63,749 nucleotides of DNA, filler included, from Pelomyxa schiedti (GCA_020536535.1; 6 parts of 6 records of this genome joined end to end with filler, not necessarily neighbours in it), one strand, 5' to 3'; counted from the first letter of the whole stretch, positions 49,707-62,369 are shown. A program made the numbers and translations. Notes: generated from the sequence alone by a model not told the origin.

Positions 49707-52018
49707 ATGCATCAACCAGCAGAGAACAAGCAACAGCGGATATTGGTGCTGTCGAGGGTGGTGTGGGAGCAAGTTGTGGTGCCGTGGGTGCTGCGGCCCG
49801 CGGTGGCCCGGCGCAAGTGGGCCCGCGAGCTCCCGCGCCCCGCGACGTCGTGCGTGCTCGCCACGGCGGAGGCCATGTTCCCCCTCGTGGCCCTGGCCTC
49901 CCGTGCCCTGCCCTCCTCGCTGTCGTCGGGCACGGGCCTGCACGGGTCGCGGCACTACCGCACCGTCGAGAACGCGGCCATGGCGCTGAGCCCGAGGTGC
50001 GTGGCGTGGATGATTTCTAACAGAACCACACTCGCCTGCTGGGATTATGGGGACGGGGTCGGGAGCGGGAGCAGGAGGAAGGCCAAGGAGCAGATCGCGG
50101 TGCTGAGGGGGCTGTGCATGGGGGGGCACCTGGTGATGGCGCAGAGGTTTGTGGATTATGGGTGCGAGTGCTGGCCAGTGGAGGTGGCTGAAGAGGGACC
50201 GAGGAAGGGAAGCGTGAGATTTTGGCCATTGGCGCAGGCAGATACTGTCATGCCTGATACTGGAAGTGTGGGTGGTGCTGATTCTGTGGTGTGCTGTCTC
50301 TGTGACCATTCTGTTTTAACTGTGTGTGAATAGGTTGATGTAGCATTGCTGCCCTCCAAGAAGAGTACTCTGGAGCAGGGAACAGAACTGGGTGACGAAT
50401 TCTGGAGTGAGAGGGGGCTATGGAGCATCATGTATGGAGTTTGCAAATATGGCCACTTGGATGTGTTGAAGTGGCTTCTTTCCATCAGCTGTCTCCAGGT
50501 CAATGAGGGAACCAAATCACTTATGCAAGGATTCATGCATTTAGCATCATTCAATGGCCACTGTCACATGCTCCCCTGGTTGCTGGACACTTATGATATA
50601 GAAGCACCTAAAAACATTGTACTGACTCACAAGAATGCAGTCTCTGACTTGAAATGCCTGTTGGAGAAACGCCCAGACTTGCACCGTCTCTTCCTAACAT
50701 CAGTGGCATACTCCAGAAGGTCCTCTGAAGAGGAGATCCTTGAAGTGTGCCAGTGGCTCAAAAATCGCTTTGCAGTGGATGGGGTGTCTTTATTATCTTT
50801 ATATATGAAGTTGCCAAGAAACACCAAAGTCATCCAGTTTGCACTCTCTGATGTTACTGACAAAGACACACTGAGTGATACCTGGTCGAATTCATGCTCT
50901 GATTGTGGTGATGTTGGGTTGGGAAAGTGGTTCATTGAGGAAAAAGGTGTCACCCCCACACCACATGATGTCATTGGAGCATGTTCAGGTAGGCATGACA
51001 ATGCGGCATTTGTTGAGTGGCTGTTCAAGAAGGTGGGTGATTCCCTGACCAGTGACCAATTGCTTGAGTGTCTTCACAGGGCTTTGGCCAATCAGTCCCG
51101 CAACTCAATTGCCTTGTGGTTGGAGCAACTACTGATGACTTCAACTGGGAGAATGCCAAAGATTTCCTTGTCAAAGCTGGTGGAGTACCACAATGATCCA
51201 CGCGACACCTGGCTTGAGTGGGTGTTGGCACATTCATCCTACTGTGTCATTGAATGCAGCCCAACTGAGGCTGCCAATGTAATAGATTCCATTGTGGCCA
51301 AACTGGCCGGCTCTCTCAAAGTAGATGTTGCCATTTCCATTTGGAAGAAATTTTCACTGTCCCCTGTTCTCAACCATGATGTGTTATTCAAATTGCTCCG
51401 TGTAACTGTGATGTATGGCACATTTTTTCAATTCAAAGATGTTGCCTCCCTTGGTGACTTCTCACTGGATGAATTGCAACAATGCATGCGAATCAAGGGC
51501 CGTTACTTCCAGTCCAGCAAAATCGTGAAGCTGTTGGTCAATGAGGCAATGAGAAAGGCTGGCACCAGCACTCCCATCACATGTAACTTCCCAGGAGTAC
51601 ATGGAATTTTTTCTGGATTAGTTTTCAACAACAAACGGTCAGCTGCCCAGTGGTTGTTCAACATGTTCAGAATCTCACTCAAAGATGTATGATCTTCTCT
51701 CTCAAGCACAGCCATACAAACCCAAAACAGGTGCTTTTTTACTTTGACAACACCCCTATTGGACTCCGTGTCTATTTAGCCACATGGAAGATGGTGTTGG
51801 GAATGTTCCCAGGAATCACAGGGGATGTCATCAGGCAGGGCCACTGTGTCGAAATGGCACTCAAAACGCCTCTCAACGCACAGTTCACAATGTCAAAGCT
51901 CGGCCTCACACTCTACAACGTCGAGGCACTATGCAACAACACCAAGTATTCACTTTGTGAAACCGCCAATTGGCTGACACATCAGGCGAAACCTCCTCAT
52001 GATTCAACAACAGAATGA
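49707..52018 (+). CDS. Degenerate ankyrin-like repeat family, copy 1 (3 exons)
   Basis: Header QRILVLSRVVWEQVVVPWVL...VLATAEAMFPLVALA; repeats GLCMGGHLVMAQRFV, VCKYGHLDVLKWLL, ASFNGHCHMLPWLL. Confidence 0.7.
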
Positions 52019-52073
52019 GTGATTTAACAAAGAAGCATTGCAAGAAAGAAAGAATTGTTCTTTCGCTAAAAAA

Positions 52074-53844
52074 ATGATGGAGGTTGTGCCCGGCAGAGCC
52101 GCCGATACTTTCCCGACACCATCCGCAACTGCAATACAATTGGAGACAGAGAAACAACGGATCTTGGGGATCTCGCGAGTCGTGTGGGAGCAAGTTGTGG
52201 TGCCGTGGGTGCTGCGGCCCGCCCTCGCCCGACGCAAGTGGGACCGCACGCTCCGGCCCGCCGCGGCGTCGTGCGTGCTCGCCACCGCCGAGGCCATGTT
52301 CCCCCTCGTGGCCCTGGCCTCCCGCGCCCTGCTGGCCTCGCTGTCGTGGGGCACCAGGCTGTGCGCTTCCCCGCACTACCGCACGATCCAGGACGCCGCG
52401 GCGGCGCTGAGCCCGAGGTGCGTGGCGTGGATAATCGCGAGCAGAACCAAGACCCACAATGGCGGTGGCGAGGGGGGTGTGGCACAGATCTGGGGCGTAG
52501 GCAGGAAAAAGGCGAGGGAGCAGGTTGCTGTGCTGAGGGGGCTGTGCATGGGCGGGCACTTGGTTATGGCGCAGAGGTTTGTGGATTATGGGTGTGAGTT
52601 CTGGCCTGAGGACAAAAGGAGCCTCTCGTTTTGGCCCTTGGTGGAAGAAATTGGAGGAAGCACAGAGGTGAGCTACGATTGTTTGTTTATTTTTTATTTT
52701 TTATTGTTTGACAAGTATTAACTGTTGGTTGGGCAACATGCTGAAGTATCATCCTAGGGTGGTAATGACAACAAAAGAAACCCTTTGGATCAGGGAACAG
52801 AACTGGGCGACGAATTCTGGAGTGAGAGGGGGCTTTTGCTTATCATGCAGGTGGTTTGTAAACATGGGCACTTGGACGTGCTGAAGTGGCTTGTTTCCCG
52901 TTTTCCCCTGTTCAATGGGGGAACAGGACTGCTGATACAAGGATGTTTCGATCAGGCATCATCGAATGGCCACTGTCACATTCTCAGTTGGTTGCTGGCC
53001 ACATTTAATTTAGTCCCTGGCGACATTAAGCTTAAGCCAACCCACAAGAGCGCAGCCTCTGATCTGAAATGCCTGATAGACAGATTTCCATACCTCCACT
53101 GTCTAGTAGCACCATCAATTGGATACTCCAGAAGGTCGTCTGAAGAGGAAATCCTCACAGTCTGCCAGCAGGTCAAAAATTGCTTCCCGTCTCTGAGTAG
53201 AAGGGATTTCCTCCCTACAATCAGGCTTCCAAGGAACACTAAAGTGATACAGTGGGCACTCTCTGATGTTACTGACGAAGCTAAACTGCACTTTATCTGG
53301 AATTTCTCATGCAGGGAGGGTGGTGATGTTGATCTGGGAAAGTGGTTCATTGAAGAAAAGGGTGTAACCCTCAAACCCTGGGATGTCAATGAAGCGTGTT
53401 CAGGGACACATGGAAATGTGGCATTTGTTGAGTGGTTGGTCAAGGAGATGGGTGGTTCTGTGAGCAGTGACCGATTGCTTGAGTGTCTCCACATGGCATT
53501 GTCCAATCAATCCCAAAATTCAGTTGCCCTGTGGTTGGAGGAACTGCTGATCGCTTCCACTGGGAGAAGGCCAAAGATTTCTTTGTCTACACTGGTTAAG
53601 TGGCAAAATGATGCGTATCCAAACTGGCTTGAGTGGGTTTTGAACCACACACTCTTCTGTGACATTGACTGCAGCCAAGATGAAGTTGTCAAGGCTGTGG
53701 GTTGCATTGTGGGAGAGAAGGTGTGTGCTTTACCCAATTCTCTCAAATCAAACCTTGCCATTTCGTGAAACCGCCGACTGGCTACACCAACTTTCCAAAC
53801 CACCTCATCTCCCAACAATCTTCTTAACGAAGGATCTTTTTTGA
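52074..53844 (+). pseudogene. Ankyrin-like family copy 2, internally deleted and frameshifted
   Basis: Parallels copy 1 up to about EVVKAVGCIV, then jumps out of frame to RETADWLHQLSKPPH (copy 1 C-terminus is CETANWLTHQAKPPH). Confidence 0.65.
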
Positions 53845-53965
53845 TGAAAGGAGGATTACGAGAACAACGTCGGCACACTCGCCGCAAGTGGGCCCGCTCC
53901 GGCGCCCCGTGACTGTCACGCGTGCTCGCCGTGGCGGAGGCCATGTTCCCCCTCGTGGCCCTGGC
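53830..53965 (+). pseudogene. Ankyrin-like family header fragment abutting the retroelement
   Basis: RRKWARSGAP*LSRVLAVAEAMFPLVALA ends abruptly at TGATG (53966). Confidence 0.65.
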
Positions 53966-55190
53966 TGATGTAAAACGTATCGTGGAGACCAATCCTGTAC
54001 GGTCCTGGCGTAAGTATGTCTAATTTAATTTACTAGTTACTAATTGGCATCGACTTTGAAATTCTTTGGAATGGGCTTTCATACTTGCGTCATCGAAAAT
54101 TCTGCACGCAAATATCATGGGATCCTTTACTGCCTCAACGTCAGTGACTGAATCAGAATTCTCCGAGTTCGTTGGTGCTCGCGAACGTGCGTCGGGAACT
54201 ACGTTTGTATTCCCCTTTATGTACAACTTTCGTAGGTAAACAAATTTGTAGAGATATACCATCTCCATACTCTACTGTTAGGCGGACATGTATCGTTTAA
54301 CCTTACCAATGCTGCATGATCGCAATAAAGTATCCATGGGTGATTTTCCAGGTATTCTTTGAACCGAACAATTCCACAAACAACAGCTAATGCTTCCAAT
54401 TCCGTAATAGGGTAATTCTGTTCGTACTTCTTTAGCTTCCTGCTCCAGCAGCCAATGATTACGTATTCTTTGGAACAATATAGCAGCGATTCCAGCTTTG
54501 GATGCGTCATTTTCTAAGTTAAATGGTAAATTCCAGTTTGGATGTCCTAACATCAATTCTTTGCACAGAGTTTGCTTCAAATCGTTGAATACAATTCTTT
54601 CTTTTCTGCCCCATTTCCAATCTCCAGATTCTCTTGACCAGAGTATTGGCTCTGATGGCGTAGTCTTTGATGAACATTCTGTGGTATCCAGTCATACCAA
54701 GAAATCTTCGTAACTCATCAGTGTTTCTAGGTTCACAGTCACGAATTGCAGACATTTTCTCCGGATCTGGTTGTAGTGACGGGCTTATCATTGACTTTTC
54801 CCATCAAAGTGGACAACCAAGTGCCCAACTTACTACCAAATGCGTGTGTGCCTGCCTTGGCGTCGAAGCTGTATGTGAAGGAATTGCCTTTCCTCCACGG
54901 TTACGTAGGCTACAAGTTTTGGCAGAACCTGTGCCGCTACCAGAGCTTTCATTCACGTCGGTTTGTTCTTCTTCATCGTTATCCCAATCCATATACTCTA
55001 GGCTTAGTGGAGGAATGGTCAATGAGATGTCTGTGACGATGAATCGGTGTGCTTGGTTGATGGATAGTGGTGATTCCTGAGGTGTACTAGTAGACGAACA
55101 CAGAAATCACAATTGATTGGTGTTCCTTCCCCAATCCGATTTGGGTAACAACCCTCATCAATCTTTGTTTCAAAGAAGCTTGTCGCCAAG
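53966..55190 (-). mobile_element. Degenerate Ty3/gypsy LTR-retrotransposon remnant (RT thumb, RNase H, gag tail, PBS); no integrase seen
   Basis: PDPEKMSAIR...ELRRFLGMTGYHRMFI; LENDASKAGIAAILFQ; SRKLKKYEQNYPITELEALAVV...DHAAL; YIKGNTNVVPDARSR; several frameshifts. Confidence 0.88.
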
Positions 55191-55193
55191 GTG

Positions 55194-55998
55194 ATGCACC
55201 ACAACCAACCAAACGTCGTTACCACCATTACCCTCGCTGGTGGTGGTAGTAGTAACACCCACGTCGCGAACGACGAGGCACCACAACCACCCCCACCAAC
55301 ACATCACAACAACCACCCCCCCTCCGCCGTCTCTGAGACAGAGAAACAACGGATCCTGGGGATGTCGCGAGTAGTGTGGGAGCAAGTCATCGTGCCGTGG
55401 GTGCTGCAGCCCACCCTCGCCCGGCGCCACAAGTGGGCGCGCCCGCTGCGGCGCCCCGGGGCCAGGCAGCTCGCCACGGTGTCGTGCGTGCTGGCCACCG
55501 CCGAGGCCATGTTCCCCCTCGTCGCCCTGGCCTCCCGCGCCGCGGCGCTGAGCCCCAAGTTGGTGGGGTCGTCGCCTGGGCACTACCTCCGGGTCGAGTG
55601 CGCCGCTGCGGCGCTGAGCCCCAAGTGCGTGGCGTGGATAATCGCCGACAACGCGAAGAGCCGCCGAGAGCTGCGTTGCGTGGCGGCGAGAATGGTTGCT
55701 GTGAGGGAGGGGGTGCCGCAGATCTCGGCGGAGCTAGGCGTGCAAAACAACACTACAACTGGTGGTGGTGGTGGGGGCGAGGTGGCGAGTGACGATGTGG
55801 ATAATAATAAGAGAGACGATGATGATGATGAGATGGAGGAGGAGAGGAGGATGAGGAGGGAGAGGGAGTGGGTGGCGGTGCTGACGGGGCTGTGCTGTGG
55901 GGGTCACCTGGAGATGGCAAAGAGGTTCGTGGAGACAAGAAGCTGGAATGAAGAGGGCAGTGGTGGTGATGGTTGTGGTGGTGTGGTGTGGCCGAAAG
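55194..55998 (+). CDS. Ankyrin-like family copy 3, N-terminal part (cut by N gap 55999-56098)
   Basis: SETEKQRILGMSRVVWEQVIVPWVL...VLATAEAMFPLVALASR...GLCCGGHLEMAKRFV. Confidence 0.65.
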
Positions 55999-56098
55999 NN
56001 NNNNNNNNNNNNNNNNNNNNNNNNNNNNNNNNNNNNNNNNNNNNNNNNNNNNNNNNNNNNNNNNNNNNNNNNNNNNNNNNNNNNNNNNNNNNNNNNNN

Positions 56099-57285
56099 TC
56101 CACGGTTACGTAGGCTACAAGTTTTGGCAGAACCTGTGCCGCTACCAGAGCTTTCATTCACGTCGGTTTGTTCTTCTTCATCGTTATCCCAATCCATATA
56201 CTCTAGGCTTAGTGGAGGATATGGTCAAGATCCAGAATGAGATGTCTGTGACGATGAATCGGTGTGCTTGGTTGATGGATAGTGGTGATTCCTGAGGTGT
56301 ACTAGTAGTGGTAGTTGCGGGAGAATGGTGAGATGTGCTTCCATGTGACTGGTTTGAACAGTGCTCGTTATGGCGATTGTTCTGATGGTAATATCCCTGA
56401 TCATTGTATGTCGAGTGAATTCGTTTGTCATGATCCTCAACCTCTTGTAGTGTCTGGATCAACGTTGTAATCGTTGTAACTTGGCATGTCGCTGCCGTGC
56501 GGTAATACTTCCCATACAATGCATTTACGAACATCTTCACTCTTGTATCTTCATCCGGTGGAGTTCTCAATCTTGCCGCTTCTTTCTGAAATTTACTTCC
56601 AAAGTATACAATCTTCTCACCACGTTTTTGTCTCATATTCGTCAGGTGATGTAACTGTTTACCTTCATTGAGGTGTACAGTTAGTTTTTCAAGTTTATCA
56701 AAAAGCTTCATCAATATCTCTGTCTGACAAATGTTCTTCCCAGAAATATGATTGCATCGTTTCCGGTAAACTCCGACAAATACTAATCATTGCCTGACCT
56801 TTTGTCCAGCCAGTTTCGTAAATGATCTCTTTCACAAGCGTGGACCATAACCTGAATGGTGATGAAAGCGGTATGCGGGAATACTTGTCTTGAACATAGG
56901 TTCTAACAGATGGCGCAGCCGCGGATTCTGTCTTGTTCAAAGGCCGCGAAGCTGTATCTTCCTCATTCTGCTCATTAGGTACCTTATCTTCCGCTGCTGG
57001 GGTATCCTCATGTCCTCCCAGAGTTTCGCTACGTGCGTCAATGATGTGATTAATTAATTTTCTCCATGTTTTACTGTTTTCGTTAACAGTTTTCTGAAGG
57101 TTAGCGATTTGCTCCGTCTGCTGTTATCATTTCAAACAAACTCTTGAGCGTTCGCGCATCATGGTCATTTCATCTGTCGGGGCCTATTATCCCCGTATCA
57201 CGGGATTGATTGGTGTTCCTTCCCCAATCCGATTTGGGTAACAACCCTCATCAATCTTTGTTTCAAAGAAGCTTGTCGCCAAGGT
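56099..57285 (-). mobile_element. Second copy of the retroelement 5' region with frameshifted gag
   Basis: Gag-like LWSTLVKEI...LTNMRQKRGEKIVYFGSKFQ...MFVNAL; frameshift in a T-run near 56706; 56099-56300 repeats about 54895-55085 and 57205-57325 repeats about 55112-55233. Confidence 0.75.
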
Positions 57286-57325
57286 GATGCACCACAACCA
57301 ACCAAACGTCGTTACCACCATTACC

Positions 57326-57425
57326 NNNNNNNNNNNNNNNNNNNNNNNNNNNNNNNNNNNNNNNNNNNNTTAATTAATTAANNNNNNNNNNNNNNNNNNN
57401 NNNNNNNNNNNNNNNNNNNNNNNNN
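57326..57425. other. Artificial contig linker
   Basis: TTAATTAATTAA at 57370-57381 within Ns. Confidence 0.97.
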
Positions 57426-57584
57426 ACACCCACCACCCTCTTGCCCTTGCACACCCCACTCTATCTCACATCTGTGCTCTGTGCCATTGCCGTGCTCCTC
57501 CACACTCCTCTACCCTCACCTCTGTGCCCTGGCCTGATGTCCATTTTGGACCAGGCAAAAAAAAAAATTTTTTTTTAAAGTTCC

Positions 57585-59074
57585 ATGAGTACCACGAGCT
57601 CCGTAAGGATTGAGGCGACCAACAGCCACGTTCTGGCATGGTGTGGTACCCCACGGACCCCAGAAGGAAGAAAATAATTAAGAGATTAGAAGGAAAAAAT
57701 TGTCAAACGACCGCCCTCAAAACGATGGGGCGGTCATTTTACAATTTTCCTGTGGTTTTTCCTCTATGTAAAATGATCGCCCCTGGGCTCCAGATATGCA
57801 CTCCTACAGTCTTGAAATTTCTCAGTCTTCCCAGGTGCCTAACTTTTAGTAATCAAAAGAAAAGATACCAAAACCACAGACAGCACCACCTACGACAACC
57901 ATGCCGGAGATCTCGTTTCTTGTTAGGTTGTCAACCTGGCGGCCCTCGAAGGTTGGTATCTAACGTCGTTTTGTCCTCCCATAACATTGTAATCAGCTCT
58001 GTTCGGCCTCCCCCCCGCGTTCAAACTGGTGACAGTCGCGATGACGTATGAGAATATCACAGTTTGGTCATCCGACCAGGGAGTTTCTGCTTGGGGCCAA
58101 AGTAAAATGGTTGTTTTTAGTTTCGGAAATAACTCTTTTTCTTACTGTTATCCTATGCTATGTACTTTTTTCAGAGCACCATATTTGAGATAAAGGAATT
58201 CGACCAGGACGCCACCGCAATAATATTTGAAATTGAACCCCAACATCTTACACGAGCCATACAGCACTATGAAACGGTACAACGTCATCCAAAAAATCTG
58301 CCTCTGTAACTTCTTTCATACAGGCGAAACAAGCAGTATCTCTTTGTATTGTAGGGCGGAACCATCTCCATCACCTGACACTCATGTGTAAAGCTGACAC
58401 CTCCAAGAAAGAACGTCCCCTAGATATACTCAAGTTCCACCTGGCAAATGATACCCTTGAAGTTGCAAGAGAAATTGATACTCAAAGTGCTGAGGTTTTA
58501 CTACTTATTTCATTTTCCATCCCTTAAATACCATACATTAGATTTCTCTTAAAATTGACAGTCAATACCTTCTGAACAGAGTTGTTGAATTTAAAAATAT
58601 GGCGCACTCGGATGCGTGCACTCTCACTGTAACGCCAAATGTAGGATTGTGCGTCTCTTCATTCAAAGTGGGAAGGAACTCTTCTACCAACTTAGCAATA
58701 AGTGGTATTCTATGTAGTCATTCAACCCAAAACCACCAACAACAATAGAACTGAGGGCGAAGGGTTAAGGTTGCTCTTCTGTTATTTCCAGAAGTCATCT
58801 TGAAGCTTGCTCTTCCTGCAGTGCTGGCATTTCTACCCTCAGTAAGTGTAAATGCTCCTCACCTAAGTCTCATAAAATCTTAGCACTGTCCCCTAACAGA
58901 ATCACGCTTTCATCCAATCCTTTTCCAAGTCTTGTGAAAACATTTGCACTGCCAGTTGTTGAAGTGTCTGAACCTAGTACAAAGAGGAACCGGTCAAATG
59001 ATTACAATGGCAGTGCCAGCCCGGTACCAATTCAGCCTCTACTTCCATCAACCTCCAGTGCCAAAGGCAGTTGA
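57585..59074 (+). CDS. Candidate PCNA-fold 9-1-1 checkpoint clamp subunit (HUS1-like), many small exons
   Basis: IIFEIEPQHLTRAIQ resembles HUS1 IYLELTSENLSRALK; LLNRVVEFKNM resembles MKSVVEKMKNI; EVILKLALPAVLAFL and SLVKTFALPVV resemble the HUS1 C-terminus. Compared from memory, and some splice choices are ambiguous. Confidence 0.45.
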
Positions 59075-60138
59075 GGCCACCCCCCAAAGTCCAACAACCA
59101 CCCCGCCGCCGGTAACGTCGCCGTCACCCTCCCAGCTTGTTGTGGACCAAACTACAGAACCAGAACAAGGGGAACCCATAACCCAGCCGCCCGTATCTAC
59201 AACAACAAAGCCCGCCGCGGCGGCTGCCGGTGCAGGCGACGGCGGCCCGTGCAGCTACAACACAATCACCCCCCACCCAGACTTTATCGTTGGTAACCTC
59301 CTCATGGATGCTAGGGTTCCGTGTGTTGCCGCAGAGCAAACGCCTGGCCCAAGCCAAACAGAGGTATGTGTGTCTTGTTACCTCCCTTGACTAATTACTT
59401 TCTCTTTCCATGTGGCAGATTATCAAACTCGAAATAAGAAACAACTCTGTGAACCTGCTTAAGAGTATGGTTTCGTGTGCAAACGCAGTGAGGAAATTGC
59501 AGAGGCGCATCAAAGTGGAGGTAGAGCAAAGGCAGTGGTCAATCAAGCTCTGGGGGTTGATGCCGAGTGCATGGGTTGAGATATTACAAATGGCTCAGGA
59601 TACGCAAGGTTGGTTGCAGCTTGTGTGTACTTTCATTGATCATATGGGAGAGTGGTTTGAGGAGGCTGCCACAGCCCTCAGCAACAGCAGCCGCTGCCCA
59701 ACAGCTTCTTCTCACAGCAGTGTGCAACTGGCACCATCGTTTGTTGATGAAGTCGTGGATGCCCCGGAAATGGTTCAGGGCGTTCCAGTCTCCGTTTGCA
59801 GGCATCTCTCACATGTGGTCAATCCAACAACAGGAGCATCTTCTGTGAAGTACACAGAGGATCAAGTTAAGAGGATGCGTGGTGCCGTGAACCCCATGCT
59901 TACTATCCTTCCGGAATCACTTGATGGGTTGGAAGTACTTTGCAACAATGCAACCGAATCCATAAAGAGCGTTGCCTATCCTGAAGGCAGAGAAATCATT
60001 ATTGAGGAGCTCGTATCCACTGTATTGAAGCACTCCAAAGAGCTCAGAACAAAGCTGCAGTCCCTCGTTCAGGTATACACACAAGTGGAAGTCTTGCAAC
60101 AGATCAACCAAACATTGAACAACAAGCCGAGCACATGA
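58998..60138 (+). CDS. Hypothetical protein, P/T-rich N-terminus plus helical domain
   Basis: ORF 58944-59390 spliced to the 242-aa exon 59410-60138; start at 58998 or 59304. Confidence 0.55.
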
Positions 60139-61119
60139 GAATGACTTCTACAAAGCCACCCCTTTCAAAGTAGAGTAATAGTAAATAGTAGTATTTTTAT
60201 TCCACACCAAGGCTGTTGAGATCAAAAAGCACAGCCCACACATTGTCCAGTTGTCCATCATCCCTCCTCTTTGTACCAACCACCCCACCACATCCAGCTA
60301 CTGCGAGAAGCGACGGCAACTGGGAAGAAAACGACAGTCGACAATGCACGCGTCGGTGAAAATGATGACATCATCTCAACTGCATAAGCGCGATGCGTGC
60401 CGCCCACGCAAGGAGAAAAGTTTTGGTTCTAGTCACTGATTCGGGAATCTGCGAAGCAACCAAACCCAATCTACCGGCACCATAAACGGACATGCCTCGT
60501 CGTTCGTGTACCAAATTAATCCGCCGTTTTCAGCCACGTGTGCGGTTGCTGCTATGTGCCGTTCTGTTGAAGTGCTTTACAAACAAAATAAACTAGAAAA
60601 TAGCAATTTATATATCTCTTTGCCTACCCCAAAACAAAATTGCGACAGACAACAAACAACTGCTGCACAAAACACCCAACAACAAGGGTAACTGTAAAAA
60701 TGGGGTTTTGGTGCCAGCAATGATTCCTCACTGAACTCGTGCACCGTCAGTCCACTGGAAAGACGTTACAAGAAACTTTTTGATGGTGGGCCAGATCAGG
60801 CCTAGCTCAGGAGCTGGGTTATCAGGGAGGGGAGCAGACGACTCCAGTACTCCTAGGCTTGGCCAAGCCTCGGTGTACTGTATACAAACAGCCATCACCG
60901 ACCAAGTTCCCCTGTAACTTGCGAGGTGGTGTTTTTTATTTTTATAGCACAAATTGGTCTTTTTAAACGAAGTTTGTTTTATTTAATAATAAGAGAATAT
61001 TGGAACAAAGTCTAGTTTTTGGGGTACGACTTCGGTGGAGACCCAATAAATCGAGTTTTCCCCTGATAACTCGAGTTATTTCTGCATGAATTCGTTTTCC
61101 ACATCGAGTTTACCCCTGA

Positions 61120-61219
61120 NNNNNNNNNNNNNNNNNNNNNNNNNNNNNNNNNNNNNNNNNNNNTTAATTAATTAANNNNNNNNNNNNNNNNNNNNNNNNN
61201 NNNNNNNNNNNNNNNNNNN
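61120..61219. other. Artificial contig linker
   Basis: TTAATTAATTAA at 61164-61175 within Ns. Confidence 0.97.
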
Positions 61220-62314
61220 GGGGTGTTGATGAGCCAGATTGGACGTGACTGGATTGTAGGAACTGCAAAGAGGTTCGTTGTGAGGCTGTTATACTGTGGC
61301 GGCAAAAACGAGCACTCAGAGTACTTCCTAGTGGGTGTTTCCCACACTTTGGGTGTGACTGACGGCCCAAGGGAGGTGTTTTACGAAATGGGTGAGAAAA
61401 ACCCACTCGTGTTCCTGTCTGACAAGGTGGTGATGAAGCGCATTGGATTCTCCAGAATGCAGGCCACCAGCCTGGAGGACTGTGGGGAGCCACCAGAGAA
61501 GTTGCGGAGTCTACATGTTGGTGATAAGCTTTGTATGGATAGCTCAAATTGCTCTGTCAGAAGTAATTGCAAGTGGGCAGTGGGGGTCGACTACTCTGGA
61601 AATATCACTGTGTGGAAGCTGCAGCAGGATCAGCGCTTTCCCTCTGACTCACTCCAGGTGTCTCTCCCAAGACAACCAAGGCTGATTTGGCAAGGTCTAA
61701 CGGCAATGACTTGGTCAAAGAGGTCAATGATTTCCCAGGGCGACGAGTTCTGCGTTGTGACACCAAGTACCTCGGTGAAATCAAACTGGGAAGTTAGAAT
61801 CGTTGACCTGAAAAGGACGCTAGACACTGGTGCACTCTCTGTTGTTGAGCTCCACACCATTGTGAGAGATGAGAACGTTGTGAGTGAACCTGTGGCTGTG
61901 ATGAGCAGCTTCTCTGATGGCAGCCTGTTTTTGCCATTCAAGTACCCCAAGTGCCAAGCGTGGATTGACTCCCCAAGTGAATTGATTGACAGGATTGAAC
62001 TGGTGAATGTGTTCACCGGCTCCACTGTCATGCTACCACCATCAGAAAAGTTCGTCGTTGTTGACAGCTCTCACTTTGCTGTGGGACATCAGATTTTTGA
62101 AGTGTCCAACACTCAATCTCCTGTGAGGATGGAGGCAACCATCCCTGGAATTACCTGTGCTGACCTGGACATGTCACAACACGGTCTTATTTGCAACCAC
62201 ACTTACCGTGGTGACACCATTTCTTTCCATGATGCTCTCTGTGGTCAGTTCCTTTTTTCCCTTCCTGACCACTCCCAAACGGCCAGAGTGGAAGTTCAAA
62301 TTATCAGCAACTAA
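61220..62314 (+). CDS. Beta-rich family, subtype E (5' end cut by the linker)
   Basis: LMSQIGRDWIV...VGVSHTLGVT...SNCKWAV...FHDALCGQFLF. Confidence 0.7.
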   Translation, partial: GVLMSQIGRDWIVGTAKRFVVRLLYCGGKNEHSEYFLVGVSHTLGVTDGPREVFYEMGEKNPLVFLSDKVVMKRIGFSRMQATSLEDCGEPPEKLRSLHVGDKLCMDSSNCSVRSNCKWAVGVDYSGNITVWKLQQDQRFPSDSLQVSLPRQPRLIWQGLTAMTWSKRSMISQGDEFCVVTPSTSVKSNWEVRIVDLKRTLDTGALSVVELHTIVRDENVVSEPVAVMSSFSDGSLFLPFKYPKCQAWIDSPSELIDRIELVNVFTGSTVMLPPSEKFVVVDSSHFAVGHQIFEVSNTQSPVRMEATIPGITCADLDMSQHGLICNHTYRGDTISFHDALCGQFLFSLPDHSQTARVEVQIISN

Positions 62315-62369
62315 ACCCCCCTTTGGAAAAAAAAAAGAAAAGAAACACAGTGGGTTTTTTTCACACACA

